From contig NC_043016.1 of the NCBI RefSeq assembly GCF_006345805.1, positions 21,328,001 to 21,392,000 of the forward strand: 64,000 bases of DNA, in the 5' to 3' direction. The stretch is from Octopus sinensis (Eukaryota). Below, in pieces: positions 26,181-39,767 of this stretch. Within the stretch, counting starts at the first letter, position 1. Each line of letters opens with the position of its first letter. The translations under genes and the position numbers were made by a program. Under the pieces are notes generated by a model that worked only from the letters and a program-made list of their open reading frames with translations, did not search any database and was not told the DNA's origin.

Positions 26181-28029
26181 TAATATGACTGCATAACGAA
26201 ATACCATATACCTACAAATCATTAGATAAATTTATGGTTTCCTACTTTGGTCCAGTATACTGTCACAACACTGAATTTATATTCAATGTTGCAAGGCCTA
26301 GAATCGAAACCAATAGCCTTAGTAACTAGGTTCACATCATTCTTAGCTGAGGTGATGTGCTTTGAATACTAATCAATCAGCTTATTGGAATATCACCCCA
26401 TATTATGGAATGCTCTTTCATGTTCCCTCATAACAGGGGTTATAAAGGCAAATTCGTGCCAGAATCAGAGTTTCATGACAGTTCTCAAGAAGATAGACAA
26501 ATACAGGATTCTTGGTCCCTGTTTTTAAGAGAATTACTTTGTCATCGATGCACTTCTCCCAGTATGTACAGTATAAACGTAAGGTCCTCATCTCTCATCA
26601 CACAAATAAGTAGCCAGCTAATTCTTAGTCGTAAACAAACCAGAGACACACTTTGAATGCACAAACAACAAGCCCTATGAAAAGACAAATTTCCTTGATA
26701 GCAGCTCAGCTCTGGGTTAAAGGAATCTTCGATTAGGTGGACAGAGCATTATTCCCACCTTTTCTGTTATTAATGTAATTATGAAGTACATTTATTTCTA
26801 GCACACCACTATACACTACTGGCAAACAACTATAAAAATATAAATATTGGGCGATCTTTCGGTACAAGTACCATAACTGCCACGTGTTAATGTTGGATTT
26901 GGTTTTACGATGTGTCAACATACAGATAAATAACAAACCAATATTTCACCACCAGTAAACTTTTCTCCACATCAGAGACTATTCGTTAGAAAGTGCAGCC
27001 ACACCAACAATCTTCCACATTTGTAACCCGGACATTTAAACAAATTACCAACGATGATGATTTTCGGCGACATCACGCAGCCTATCAGCTTTCATACATT
27101 TCTCTCATGTTTACCACAAAATATACTTAAAATAGGGGTACGTCTTATGCGTGTGTCTTATATGCCGGCAAATACAGTAAGTATGAACGTGGTCGTGATC
27201 TAATTTATCTGTATAATGATAATAATCCGAATGATTTATTGCGCAAAGTTCGATTGATTGTTTATGAAAGACGATTGTTATGAAACGGAAATGAATGTCA
27301 GATGATTTATTAGTGAAATATGTAAACAAAAATATTTAACATGTAAGGTAAAATAAGAAAGGCCTGGGAATGCGGTAAGAAGTTTGCTTCCAATTACATG
27401 GTTTCGGGTTCAGTCCCATTGCGTGACATCTTGAGCCAGTGTCTCCAACTATATCTCCGGGCGACCACTATCTCGCAAGAGGATTTGGTGGAAGACGGCG
27501 GCAACTGGAAAAAAAAGTCCGTCTCATGTAAAATGCATGTATGTCTGTGTGTGCGCGCGCGCGTCCACACACCACTTGACAGCTGGTGTTGGCTTGTTTA
27601 CGTTCCCGTAACAGAACACTTCAACAGAAGAAACCAGTATAAAAAGTATCAGACTGTAAATAAATAAATACTGGGGTCGATTTGTTCGACTAAAAACCCT
27701 TCGAGGTGGGTTTTTCCGCAGATCGCAATCCAATGCTGGAAAAAGGAAAGGGGAAAAGAAAGAAACAAAAATGCCGAATAGTATCAATTCAACGCAACCG
27801 ACAAATGCATTTTTTTAATTATTATTATTATTATTATTATAATACGATCTAAAGGGTAATGAACTTATTTCCGCATACCGTTCATAAAGTCAGCTTTAAA
27901 AATGAATATGGTAGAACTATCATGACGTACAAACGATATTATTTATATTATTTCCAGCAGTAAATTTTACGACAGAAATTATCCCAAATCTCTTGCCGAG
28001 AGCCAAAAGTGAGGGCAATTCAAACCGCT

Positions 28030-28075
28030 ACTCTTTCCGGTTCCACCTAATGTCTCTGTAACGAAGATGGCGCCC
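28030..28075 (+). promoter_or_regulatory. Probable RWDD4 core promoter / TSS region
   Basis: ETS-like TTTCCGG at 28034-28040 and YY1-like AAGATGGCG at 28064-28072. CpG density is locally higher, and a splice donor follows immediately. Confidence 0.6.
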
Positions 28076-28093
28076 ATCTATAACTTTATACAG
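28067..28093 (+). other. RWDD4: 3' part of probable RWDD4 exon 1, with an ATG in strong context (MAPIYNFIQ) and donor CAG|GTAGGT
   Basis: Donor GT at 28094. Linkage to the downstream exons is inferred, not observed. Confidence 0.6.
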
Positions 28094-29454
28094 GTAGGTG
28101 TTAGTGTAACTAATTACTATTTTTTTTTTTAAACAAAATCACATTTACACGAAGAATATACAACAATCTAAAGTATTTCCGAAATGCTTTTGTTTCAGGT
28201 TTGATATTAAAAATAAATCTAATCGTTACAATTTTAAAAGTTATATATCGGAAATATTTTCGTAATTACGATTATTTTTATCCCGTGTCATTAAGAGAAT
28301 TGTGTTGAATTGCCTTCTTTTGCACGCGTATTATATACCCAGCAGTCTCTAAATATTACCTTTTGTTAAACTCTGTAGAATACGAATTATATTCTACTTT
28401 GCAGGGTTTTTTTTTTCTTTCGCGAAAGATTGTCTGTTTAGTGTTTCGACATCTTCGGTTAATTTTGGAAGAAGCTTGAATACTGAAATACCTGATTTTG
28501 AAAATGCTCGTAAATATGTAGTGAGGTTCAGTATGGAGATTTATGTGGCGAAATACAAATATAAACTTGTTTTGACATCAAGTGTTTACCCACTACCAAA
28601 GTTGTGCAACACAAACTTTATCCAAACCAAGTTTTTATCCCGTTAGTCATTGTTTTTTTTTATATGCAATAAGCCTTCGAATACACAGCATTTATTGCAT
28701 CTTGACTTTTTTTTTTGGTGTGTGTGTGTATGTTTAATGCCGGCTACACTTTTATATCTTGAGCGAAACGAATATGCAAATGTTTAAAAGTTACAGTGTT
28801 TAAATTTCTAATTTTAATTGCTGCACTTTTTTTTGTTTTTTTTGAAGTTATTAAATCACGAAATTATACACATATTTTGAAATGAGTTTTCTATTTGTAA
28901 TTTACTTTCAAATATGGCTGTGTGGTAAGAAGCTTGCTTCTCAACCACATGGTCCCGGATTCAGTTCCGCTGCGTGACACTGTAGGCAAGTGTCTTCTAC
29001 GAAAGCCTCGGGTCGACCGAATCCTTGTGAATGGATTTGTTAGACGGAAACTGAAAGAAACCTGTTGTGTGTGTATATATATATATATATAGTTCAAATT
29101 TGCAGGAAAAAAACAAAACGAAGACACGTGAAGGAACAAACAGGTGTATTAGTTTATCGCTCGGGGAAAATGGAAAAGTCTTTGACGTTTCAAGCCTATG
29201 ATCTTCGACAGAAAGGATTGAAAGGGGGGAAAAATGGAGAGAGAAAAAATATCGTGGGTGTGTGTCTTTTTATCTGTGTTTGACCCCCACCACCGCTTGA
29301 CAACAGCTGTTGGTATGTTTACATCCCCGTAACTTAGTGCTTTAGCTAAAGAGATTGATAGACAAGTACTAGGCTTTAAAAAAATAAGTACTAGGGTTGA
29401 TTCATTCAAATAAAATTTCTTCACAATTTCACGACGGAAACTGAAAGATAACAC

Positions 29455-29519
<65 letters not shown>

Positions 29520-30269
29520 TTTTGTTTTTATGAGACTAGTGTAATAACTTCAAAAAATTAGGATCTTCAGCAATTCAAAAAAGAAATCTGTAATAACAAC
29601 ATTTAATAAGTGACTATGTAACATTTACTCGGAAATCCAACTCTATTTTTTTATTTTTCCAAATTACTTTGGTTCCAACCACTAGTGCTTATGTTGTCTG
29701 ACCCCCTTGACCTTGTGCATCTCTCCAAACCCCTAATTCCGCTTTCATATATGAAACATGCACACATAAGCAAACACACATACATGCATCTATGTGCAGC
29801 ACACTCCTCACAGACATTCCTACATGCATGCTCCCACACATGTCTGCACACATATACACGTGTATGTGTATGTGTGTGTAGGCAAATCAATAATGAATGA
29901 CAGATTCAAACACAAAAACCAAAAACCTAGTGGATGTCCACAGCAAATATTAATTAGACACTCGAGGAAAAAAGTTTCCCCACCACTTTGTCCCACATCT
30001 TCCTGGGTCTACCCCTTCCACATGTTTCCTCTGCAATTAGAGATCAGTAGCTTTTGATGCAATTGTCCTTATTCATATGCATTACATGACCATACCAGCA
30101 CACTACATTTGATACCTTATATACCCAGTTTTTTCTTAAATCACTTATACTCTGTTATATATGCACACTGACATTATCCATCCAGCGAAGCATTCTGGCT
30201 TCATTTCTTTCAAGCCATTGCATATCACAGCACATGTCTCACTACTATGTAGTTTGGATTCTAAATATG

Positions 30270-31040
30270 TTGGTTACAAGAACTCAGCTTTGTTACACAT
30301 GAAAATCAACATACAGATAGCAGACCTATTTAGGATAATGAACAATGTGTCCCCACTATGCAAACCCTATGAAACAAAGAAATGTACAGAAATTCATGCA
30401 CTGAATGCAATTCTCTGGATATGCTCAGAAAGATAGGGTTCGGGTATACAGGGTCTAGAAAGAAGTTAGATAGCATTATAAGTAATGAAAACCAATAGTA
30501 CCTGCCCTAGATATAGATATAGAAGTAAAGACTGGAATAGGATACAAAGAGGTTGTGACAAAGCAGAGTGAACACGTGGTACAAGACTGACAAATATCAA
30601 GGAGTGATGTTTGTAGAGGCCACAACCCATGGAGAACTAGCCCATAGATTTAGGAGAGCTCTGAAAGAAGCTAAACTCAACATTAAGATCGTCGAAAAGC
30701 CAGAGAGCTCCATCAGATCAGAACTATGTAGGACATGCACCAATGATAACTGCTTGGTATGTAAGATGAACTCTAGTATTAACTGTAGAACTAGAAATGT
30801 AGTGTACAACATAAGGTGCATAGCGGGTGCTTGTAAAGACAAGAACGTAATATATATAGGTGAAACATCTAGAAGCATTGCAGAGAGACTAAATGAACAT
30901 TTGAGACAATATGACAACAAAAAAACAATCTTCCATACTCTACCAACATGGAGGCACACTGGGTCAACTTGGTACCCACATTTTATCCAAGGACCCAACA
31001 CTCAGATAAATACAGGAGTACAACCTCATTAATGAAACAT
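30270..31040 (+). mobile_element. Penelope-like element, RT C-terminus and GIY-YIG endonuclease (copy 2)
   Basis: ORF 30568-31032 has CLVCK...CRTRNVVYNIRC...YIGETSRSIAERLNEH, a zinc-knuckle linker plus GIY-YIG. Confidence 0.9.
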
Positions 31041-33116
31041 CCCCAGTACTAAATAGGAAATATACATAGGTGTCATACCCCAATACCCACAGTTTATATA
31101 GTCACACAAACCCATACACAGGCACACACAAGGAGACAGGGGTGCGCACAGATACACACACACACGTATACAAAAACACGAACATAAGCATGAACACACA
31201 AGCACATGGATATGCAGAATGCATACATACAAATGTGCACACATGCATACACATAGCTGCAGAGTACATACATACACACATGTGCCCAAACAAACAAAAC
31301 AAAAAGAATGCAGTAGGCAATGAGTATAGCGAAGAATTCCAGGTAGAAGTAGGGGTTCCAAATGAAGTGACTAATATATAATGATAATAATAGATGGATA
31401 ATGGTTCATTCACTACAGCTGTTTCCAACAAATTTTTTAATTGATGATCAGGGATATTATGTCATGTGAAAAAAAAACGTTTTCATCAGGTGAATATACA
31501 CAATTTACACATTTAAAACATTCCAAAAATCACCAGTTTATACCACTTTGTGATTCCCTGACTAGTAATAGTTAAAAGAATGAATTAACTTGCTCCGGTT
31601 AGTTGTCAATATAGGAAAAACATTACGGTGACAGGAAGGGATGAGGAGAGTATTTATAGCAGTTGAAAAGTTAGAGGAAAGGGTATAATAATATTCAGTA
31701 CAATTTCTAAAAGACAAAGCAATTATGCTTAATTTATAATCTTTAAGAGACTGGATGACAGATTTAGACAAAAGACTTTAAAAGATAATGAGAGAGGTGA
31801 GTGGCGGAGATACAAAATAAGGGGTTAGACCTTGATGCCATGTTCTGACTTCTGAGATAAGGTTACTTTATTCTATCTATATTTTTATACCTTAAAATTT
31901 TCATGTATCAGTATTATTTTTGTGGGCTTTATTAATTTGATAATGACTTCTCTCAGGTGTGTCTGTGTAATACATAAAGTCCAAAATTTTTATCTAGTTT
32001 GTAAAAGATGATCAAACATTATAGATATCAAAGGCATGGCAGTTTGGTTAAGAAGTTCACTTCTCATCCATAGGGTTTTTGGTTCATTTCCACTGCATGG
32101 CCCCTGGAATAGATTTTTCTTTTATAGTCCAGGCTGACCAATTCTTCATGAGTGAAATTATGCAAAGCCTGGTATGTTCATGTTTGTGCATACACATCTG
32201 TCTGTGTGTATGTTTACATTCTGCACACAAGTGAGCTACAACAGTTGAAATTTAATAATTCTTCTTCAACAAATTATTTGATAGCTATGCACTTTCAATG
32301 ATGTAGAATAAAAACCCTTGCTTGCAACAAGAAGGGCCTCAAGTTGTGAAACTGTCTCATCCAATCCATGCTTCGTAAGGGAAATGGACATAAAACAAAT
32401 AAAAGAATATACTTATGTATCTATTAGAATTACATCAACAGCCTTTTTTATGATCACATTTTATGTTTTACTATTCTATAGAATTCAATTTAATATATTT
32501 TTTCCCAATGTTACTTGTTGACCAGTAGAAGTTATTTACTAATAATGTCTAGTGAACTTAAATTCCTTTACATTAAAAAATTGCTACTTTCAAACTCCAA
32601 ACTGTTCCTAAGTATTTATCATAAAAGCTGTTGATAATATTTGTCCCAAAAGTTAGACTCTTGCTGAATGGCATATCTTTTTGTATATCTATGACAATAT
32701 CAGCTTCCCTTTTTAAGGTGGTTGTGTGATTTGAGGGAGATTTGTCTGCCTTTTACAGCTATGTTGAGACTCCACAGCAAAACAGTATAAAAGATGGCAT
32801 ACATTTAAAAATATATGATTTTCTTCTAAGTGCCCCCAATTTAATATAGAATGCTATATACTATTCTACATGTGTGACTAACAAATCTGGAAAGTAAGCA
32901 AGCTATGATGTGGGAATCTCTTTAAAAAGTATTTCATCTTGCTGGACATCATCTCCCCTTTTGTAGGAAGAGAATTCTGATTTGAAATCTTATTTCTTTA
33001 ATAATAATAATTTTTGTTTTCTTCAGTTTGTCATTTAGCATATAACATATACTTCCATTTATGTTTTTTCATTTCAGTTTCTTCCATGAGTGGATACTTT
33101 CTAATAATGATTAAAT

Positions 33117-33140
33117 ATGAATTATCTAGAGCTACAACAG
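33117..33140 (+). CDS. RWDD4: RWD domain-containing protein 4, first coding exon (exon 33078-33140; MNYLELQQ)
   Basis: Acceptor tttcag|33078 and donor CAG|gtaaat. Phase 0 joins in frame to EELEVLESIY. Confidence 0.8.
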
Positions 33141-33375
33141 GTAAATAGAAATTTGATTGCTAAATATAACTTGAAATGGATTACAAGTAAATGCATTTTT
33201 AATACTCATCACATATATGCTATTTTGAATAAGTATATAATTTCAAAAAATTCCACTTTTAAATTGTTGATAGTCTTTAAACCAAAATGTGTTAAATAAC
33301 ATTTAATAATTTTTAATGACAATCTTTATTTTGTATTAACATTCTTGTAAATATTTTTTATTTATTGCTTTCTAG

Positions 33376-33456
33376 GAGGAGCTCGAAGTCTTGGAATCCA
33401 TTTATGTTGGAGATGACTGTTTTAAAAAAATTAGTGATACAACCTTTCAGTATAAG
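33376..33456 (+). CDS. RWDD4: RWDD4 coding exon (EELEVLESIYVGDDCFKKISDTTFQYK)
   Basis: AG/GT-bounded 81-nt exon matching the RWD N-terminal motif ELEALxSIY. Confidence 0.95.
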
Positions 33457-35725
33457 GTAATTATATCTATTGGCAACATGTTTAACTTTGCAGGGAAATT
33501 TTGAATAGGTAAACACAAGTTTCAGTGCTTATACCAGGACAATGAATTTAAAGACAGTATTTCTAGTTGTGTACTTGCAAGAATAGCCAGGAAATTAAAA
33601 AGGCATTTACTTTATATGTCAATTCTTCCTGGCAGTCATTTTTACACATGCATAGTTAAATTTGTGCCTCTTGTTAGACTATTTACATTCTTAATTTACA
33701 ACTCTTTGTAATAACGGCAGGTTTTGATTTGCGACTATTATGCGCAACTTTTGTTACCCAATTAAGAAGTGGCAAACATGGAGTTTGAAGTTTATGCCCA
33801 ATCTTAATTAACTTCGCATCTCTAATGTACTTGGTAAATGTATGAATGGTGCAAATCCCATGTTGCATTCATATTTCTCACATTCACATTTTCTATCTTC
33901 ATTGAAAATACCAAGTTGTAAAAGCAAAATGGTTGCTCAATTTGCAAGTAATAGCAACCAAATCTCTTTGAGATGCCTTCAAAAAATGAAGATGAATTGG
34001 ACAGTTCTAGATATACAAGGAAAATGGACACATATCAGCTGGAACACCTTTACATCAGCTCTATTCTATTATGGTTAAACATCTACTTGTAGTTGCCTAG
34101 TATACAAAATAGTTTCTTATTTGGCAATATTCTAGTTGTTAAGTTTATGATATTGCTGACTATTAACTTCATCTTACAATGTCTATAATAGGGATTCATA
34201 GCTCAAACTATGAACCCCTATTTTCAAGCTCTCCAGGGTCATATACATATCCAGCTACATATGTTAACTATAGCATTAAAACAAATTAGAAAATTATAAT
34301 CTTAATAACAATGGCTTCAACTCATTTCAGATATTTTAATAGTCTAATTATTGTCCTTATTATGTTTTCTCATTACTTATGTAACACTCTTGAGATTTCT
34401 CCAGTCAGTTAGCTTGTTAATTCATCTCAACAGTAAATATACACAAGGGCTGGAAGATATTCTTCTACACAAGTGACTGAAACAATCCTTTTAGGGATAT
34501 CCCTTCACATCCTGCATACAACAAAATCCCAATGACCCAACTACCCTAAGTAGTTCATACACACTTGTGCTGAAACTGCTAAATCAAAAAGCAACGCTTG
34601 AAATTTGCCCCCACCCCACCCCTCCAAAAAAATTTGGGTGGTCTATATTCGACAGTACATCCACAAACTAGTATCTGATCCATAATAGATGACTTTGTGC
34701 ATTGTACAGCTTTCAGGCTATCATACCTTCCAAATTACAACCAAGCCTTTAGGTCCTTTGTTAAAAGTATTTCTACCAACTTTGCAGAATCTGCTTTCTC
34801 TCCACTGCGCAGCATATATATTTCTGTGAGCAAAGAAAGCCTTGGCCTATGCTGCTCGTTTTGCATTGAACTAATTCCACACTGCTTTTACTTGACAAAC
34901 CTCCTTCAAGTCTATAAATATCCAGGGATCAATGTAATCAACTGGCCTCGCTCTCTTCTTTGTCAGCATAACTAAACTAGTGTCCATAATTATCCAATAT
35001 CATTCTGTATACATAAATATTTCAACAAACTATTTCAGCTGCATATCACAATTGCTTTAAACCAATAGCTGTATCATTGAAAGTACTGGGATAAAGGAAT
35101 AGAATATCAAAAGCAAAAAATGCTCATAAGAATGAGCAAGAGGAAATTAAAAAGACTAGGAGTAAAAATAAACTGCTGAAAATGAGAAGAAAAAATAATC
35201 TCTTACAAAGTGAATTGTAATTCAAGCTACCCATGCCAGCATGGAAAGAGTGACATATGGTGATGACAATGACAACAAAAATTTCTAAGTAATAAACTGG
35301 TCATGGACAACCTGCAGCCTGCTGGACTTTCTAAATGGCCTTGATATTTTTTAGTAGTGTAGCCTACTTGATGATGAGGTATGTCTCATGTAGCCCACTT
35401 CCCAGAAAAGATACCCACACCTTTAATAGACTGAGTGTTAAGCGTTTGTCATATTTGATCAGATAGTGCTTGCTTTATGCTTAAAAAAACATTATATATA
35501 AATATATTTAAATATTATAATTAGTAATTATTATGCTATAGTTTAGATAATTTTGTAAACTTTTGTCTAGAGCTGAATTTAAGCAAGTAACAATCTCCTT
35601 CGATATGGTAGTTTCTCTTTGTAAAGATATAATTTTGTAATCAAAATTAAGTCAAGCAACTTAATCTCACAGCCAATTTATTTCAAACAGTATCTCTTTA
35701 GCTCTCTTTTTTTTTCTTACTTTAG

Positions 35726-35835
35726 TGTGGTGAAGATGGAACATCTCATTCCCTATTGATTGAAATCAGTTGGGGAGAAAAATATCCTGATGAAGTTCCC
35801 TGTATTAATTTGGATGCTTTTTATAATAATCATTT
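35726..35835 (+). CDS. RWDD4: RWDD4 coding exon (CGEDGTSHSLLIEISWGEKYPDEVPCINLDAFYNNH)
   Basis: AG/GT-bounded 110-nt exon with the RWD YPxxxP motif; phase 0 to 2. Confidence 0.95.
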
Positions 35836-36699
35836 GTAAGTAACTAAGAATTTTTGTATACTCTTGTGACCAAAGAAAACATTTAATTTCATATACATGT
35901 AATCTTAGATCACTACTTTTGTGTATCAATATACAAATGAAATTTTCGTTTTTGTATATTTTTTCATATTCTAAGATGAAGTACTTTTCTGAAAATTGCC
36001 TACCATTTGTGTAAAATAGTTGTTATATATCCTCATAATATTTGCTAAAGATGTTTAAATAACAAAATGGCAGAAGCAGTTGAGAATTATTCCAAATGAT
36101 AGTACCTAATTACATTCTTCTACTTTCTGAGTTCAAATCCTTCTAGAGTTGACTTTACTTTTATTCCATCTGCAGTCAATTGAATCAACTATATTCCTCT
36201 TTAACAATTGATCTTGAGCTTAAATAAAAAAGTAAATAACTATTTGTTTATCATAGAATAAGAGTCATTTGCTAAATAACAAAGATTTCTTCATAGATTT
36301 TAAATATTAGGTATTTGTATGGGTGTGTTCTGCAGAATATTTAAAATATTATATTAATTTTCATTAGACTTTTGACAGTTCAGCATACAATATGTAAATC
36401 AATCTTTTCGAGTTACTTAGCATTTGCAAATTAAATGTGTAAGTAATTAGTTCTGTGTACCCTATATTCAGAATACAAACTTACTGTTTGATGTTCTGTG
36501 CAGCTAAAGATCAGCTATATGTGAACATGGATTTCTTCATGTAGTGTATGTATATATTTCAATGCTAAAATTATCTACATGAAACTGTTGCCATTTAGAC
36601 AAAACAAAAAGATATGTCAAACAATTACCAATTGTTACCATTAAGTATAAAACTTAATTTAATGTACATCATTATTATGTATAATTATAAAATCTACAC

Positions 36700-36985
36700 G
36701 AGCTGGCAGAGTCATTAGCACACTGGGCAAAATGCTTAGCGGCACTTCTTCCATCTTTACATTCTGAATTCAAATTCTGCCAAGATTAACTTTGTCTTTC
36801 ATTCTTTCAAGGTTGGTAAAATAAGTACCAGTTGATCACTGACGTCAATGTAATCAATATACCCCTCCTCCCCTAAAATTACCATCTTGTGCCAGAATTT
36901 GAAACCAATATTTAATTTTTAAAGGTGGTGCTTCAGTATGGCCCCAGCCTCTGGCTGAAAGCAGTAAAAGAATAAAAGAATATGA
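36700..36985 (+). mobile_element. Deu/Nin-domain-type SINE, degenerate
   Basis: gaattcaaattctgccaagattaactttgtctttcattctttcaaggttggtaaaataagtaccag resembles the Deu/Nin core. Weaker copies at about 36060, 43300 and 57990. Confidence 0.6.
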
Positions 36986-37764
36986 TTATGCAGATCATTA
37001 GAGGTTAAAAAACTTTAATCTGATCTTTCGCTGCATTGAATAGATTATTCTTTTTGTTAACTAATTTTTTTTGTTCCTCATGCAAAATAAATTTCAAGAA
37101 AAGTATTAAATTTGATTAAAGAATAACCATTAGGGTTAATGTTCTTTATTAAAATACACACCTCATTTTAAAGCTTGTTCAATGTTTGCTTCTTAGCTAC
37201 AGAAGCATTTTCTATTTAAAATACTTTGTAAATGAAATTATTGATATTATTGAATGATCTTCCAAGAAAATAAATCCTAGAAATCTGTTTAAATTATGTA
37301 GAAAATTGTTTTGAAATACATCAAAAGTTATGTTTCAAACTGCAGCTTTATGTAAAATAACACAAGAAGATTTTTGCATTCCACCCAGAGCTAAAAACAC
37401 TCTCTAATTAAACACTACATTTTTTTTTATAACACCATCTAAAATGTATTTCTACAAATCATTTCATCTACTACAATTTATGGATGTAAGTCTTCCTTAA
37501 GAAAATAATAATTCATATAAATCTAATTGTGAAAGAGCATGTATTCATATCCTAGAAAACATTTGCAAAAGTTATGAAATTTAATTGATATAATTGCTTT
37601 CCTCTGGCCAAAATTCTTTTCAAATACTGTTGTATACCCGTGTTAAAATTCTTGTTAATTACTTCTAATTTGTATATGGAATAGATAACTTTTCCATGCA
37701 TTATCATTATTCAATAGACTATATAAGTTGGTTGTGTCTTTTCTCACATTACTTTCTACTTCAG

Positions 37765-37810
37765 AGAGAAACAGTGCAAAGATTTCCTATTTCAACAAAT
37801 TAAGGAGAAA
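37765..37810 (+). CDS. RWDD4: RWDD4 small coding exon (L-EKQCKDFLFQQIKEK)
   Basis: 46-nt exon ttcag|...|gtaagt. It supplies the phase 2 to 0 bridge needed between its neighbours. Confidence 0.85.
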
Positions 37811-39002
37811 GTAAGTTCTGCAATTTTTTTGTTATTTCATATTTATAAGTTGACAGCAAACTATACTTTTCATCTCACATATTTTCTGATACGGATTTAC
37901 AAATCCAATGGGAGAATAAAAGTTGTGAGCTTATGGGGTTGAATATCTGATGAATCTTACAACACACATTGTCTTGATGAGTCACATGATTAGCAATAGA
38001 AAAGAGAGAAATTATAAAATTTACTGTTTTGGCTTTAAAATGTAGAAACGAGCCAACAAGAACAACATTCATTTGATTCTCTTTTGCTTTCTTTCATTTG
38101 TCCAGGGTGCCATCACTAGGGAACTCTCCAGCTCTTTTTATATTATTATATACAACAAATTAATTATTGCAAACTATCCTAGCAATCTAGCTTCCATTTC
38201 TTGCATCCATTGCATTATTTACATACTATCAAGTTACTATCTAATTCTCTAAAAAAGTCAAATATTTTTAAGGATGACTGTTTCTGAGTTAAGTATTTAA
38301 TGTGGACTATAATGGACTTCTCAGTGATAAATCAGAAAATATTAAGTGAATGAGGGTTTAATTTTTTGTATTATTAACTGCTCTGCTTGTAAGATGCAAA
38401 ACAAATTATATTTTAGAAAAAGTTTTACTTATAGTTGGGATTTGATGTGGCTGGACATTTTCACATCAATGTTGCATTTAAGAATGTGCCCCTGCTTCTA
38501 TTTACAGGGTTGGTCAAAAGTCATCTGACAGTAAATCAAAACTATTTAAAACAAAAAAATGATAAATAGCCAAATACTGAAAAAGAAATGGTGATTTTAA
38601 CTCGCAGCATTCAATTATTAAACATTCATAATTGGAATGAATAAATAAAATTGAACATTTTATTTCAAGTTACGCATTTAAAAACTTGCCTGTAAAATTA
38701 ACAAATTTCTAAATAATTAATCATATTTAGTTATTTTAAGTTGTTTTTTTTTAATCTTGATTTATGTGTAAAGAAAATAGTTTAGTAAACTTAGTTAAAA
38801 TTCAGCAAATGTAAGTGGTTACCTAATTTTTATCTGATTGCTAAATATAACTTGAAATGGATTACAAGTAAATGCATTTTTAATACTCATCACATATATG
38901 CTATTTTGAATAAGTATATAATTTCAAAAATTCCACTTTTAAATTGTTGATAGTCTTTAAACCAAAATGTGTTAAATAACATTTAATAACTTTTTTCTTC
39001 AG

Positions 39003-39125
39003 TCAGATGAAATGTTAGGGTGTGCAATGACTTATACACTTTTTGAATGGGTTAAGGAGAATATTGGCATGTTGATGGTTTATCAACCAACTACTGTTCT
39101 TGTGCCTGTTACTGCTGAACCTGAG
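39003..39125 (+). CDS. RWDD4: RWDD4 coding exon (SDEMLGCAMTYTLFEWVKEN...PE)
   Basis: AG/GT-bounded 123-nt exon with the LGxAMTYTLFE motif characteristic of RWDD4. Confidence 0.95.
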
Positions 39126-39767
39126 GTAAATGTACTATTGTTTTTATTTTTAGTAATTTTTCATTCTGTAATAAAGATCAGTCAATTATGGCGTTAACTT
39201 TTGTCTTAACAGTTTGGTTTTGTTTTAACCATATTAAAGTGAAATTAAATACATCTGTAAAGTTAATTATAAACGGCCATTTGTGTTTATGTATCTACCA
39301 TCTCTTTACAACATAATCATAATCATCATCATCATTTAAATCCATCTTCCATGCTGGTATGGGTTGTATGAATTGACAGAAGCTGGCAAGCCAGAGAGCT
39401 GCACCAGGCTCCATTGTCTGCTTTGGCATGGTTTCTATGGCTGGATTCCCATCCTAACGCCAGTTACTTTAGAAACTGTACTGGGTACTTTTTATGTGAC
39501 ATCAGACCAGTTAGCTGCCCAGCCAGAGAGTGAGTAGTACTGAGAGAAGTGGCTTTGTGTCAGGTGAAAATATAATAGACAGGCAGCGATGTTTTACTAT
39601 AGGGGAGATACTTGGCTAGCCCTATGGGAAAAGAAAGGAGTGGAAGGGGAGAGTTTTTGAGTAACATAGACACAGGATTTATTATTTGTAAGTAGTACTT
39701 GTTCCATCAGTGTCTTTTGCCAAACCACTAAGTTACAGGAATGTAAACACAACATTGGTTGTGAAGA

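Noticed and set aside
26400-26780. Third Penelope RT fragment
   Set aside because: Only patchy similarity to 12480-12640; too degenerate to call.
30540-31032. Selenoprotein-encoding (Naiad-type) PLE
   Set aside because: The zinc-knuckle cysteines are ordinary TGY codons. The upstream in-frame TGA lies in degenerate sequence and no SECIS was seen.
31414-31455. Third GAAACAGCTGTA motif (minus strand)
   Set aside because: The core is CTGATCA and stem I does not pair in register. At most a dead relic.
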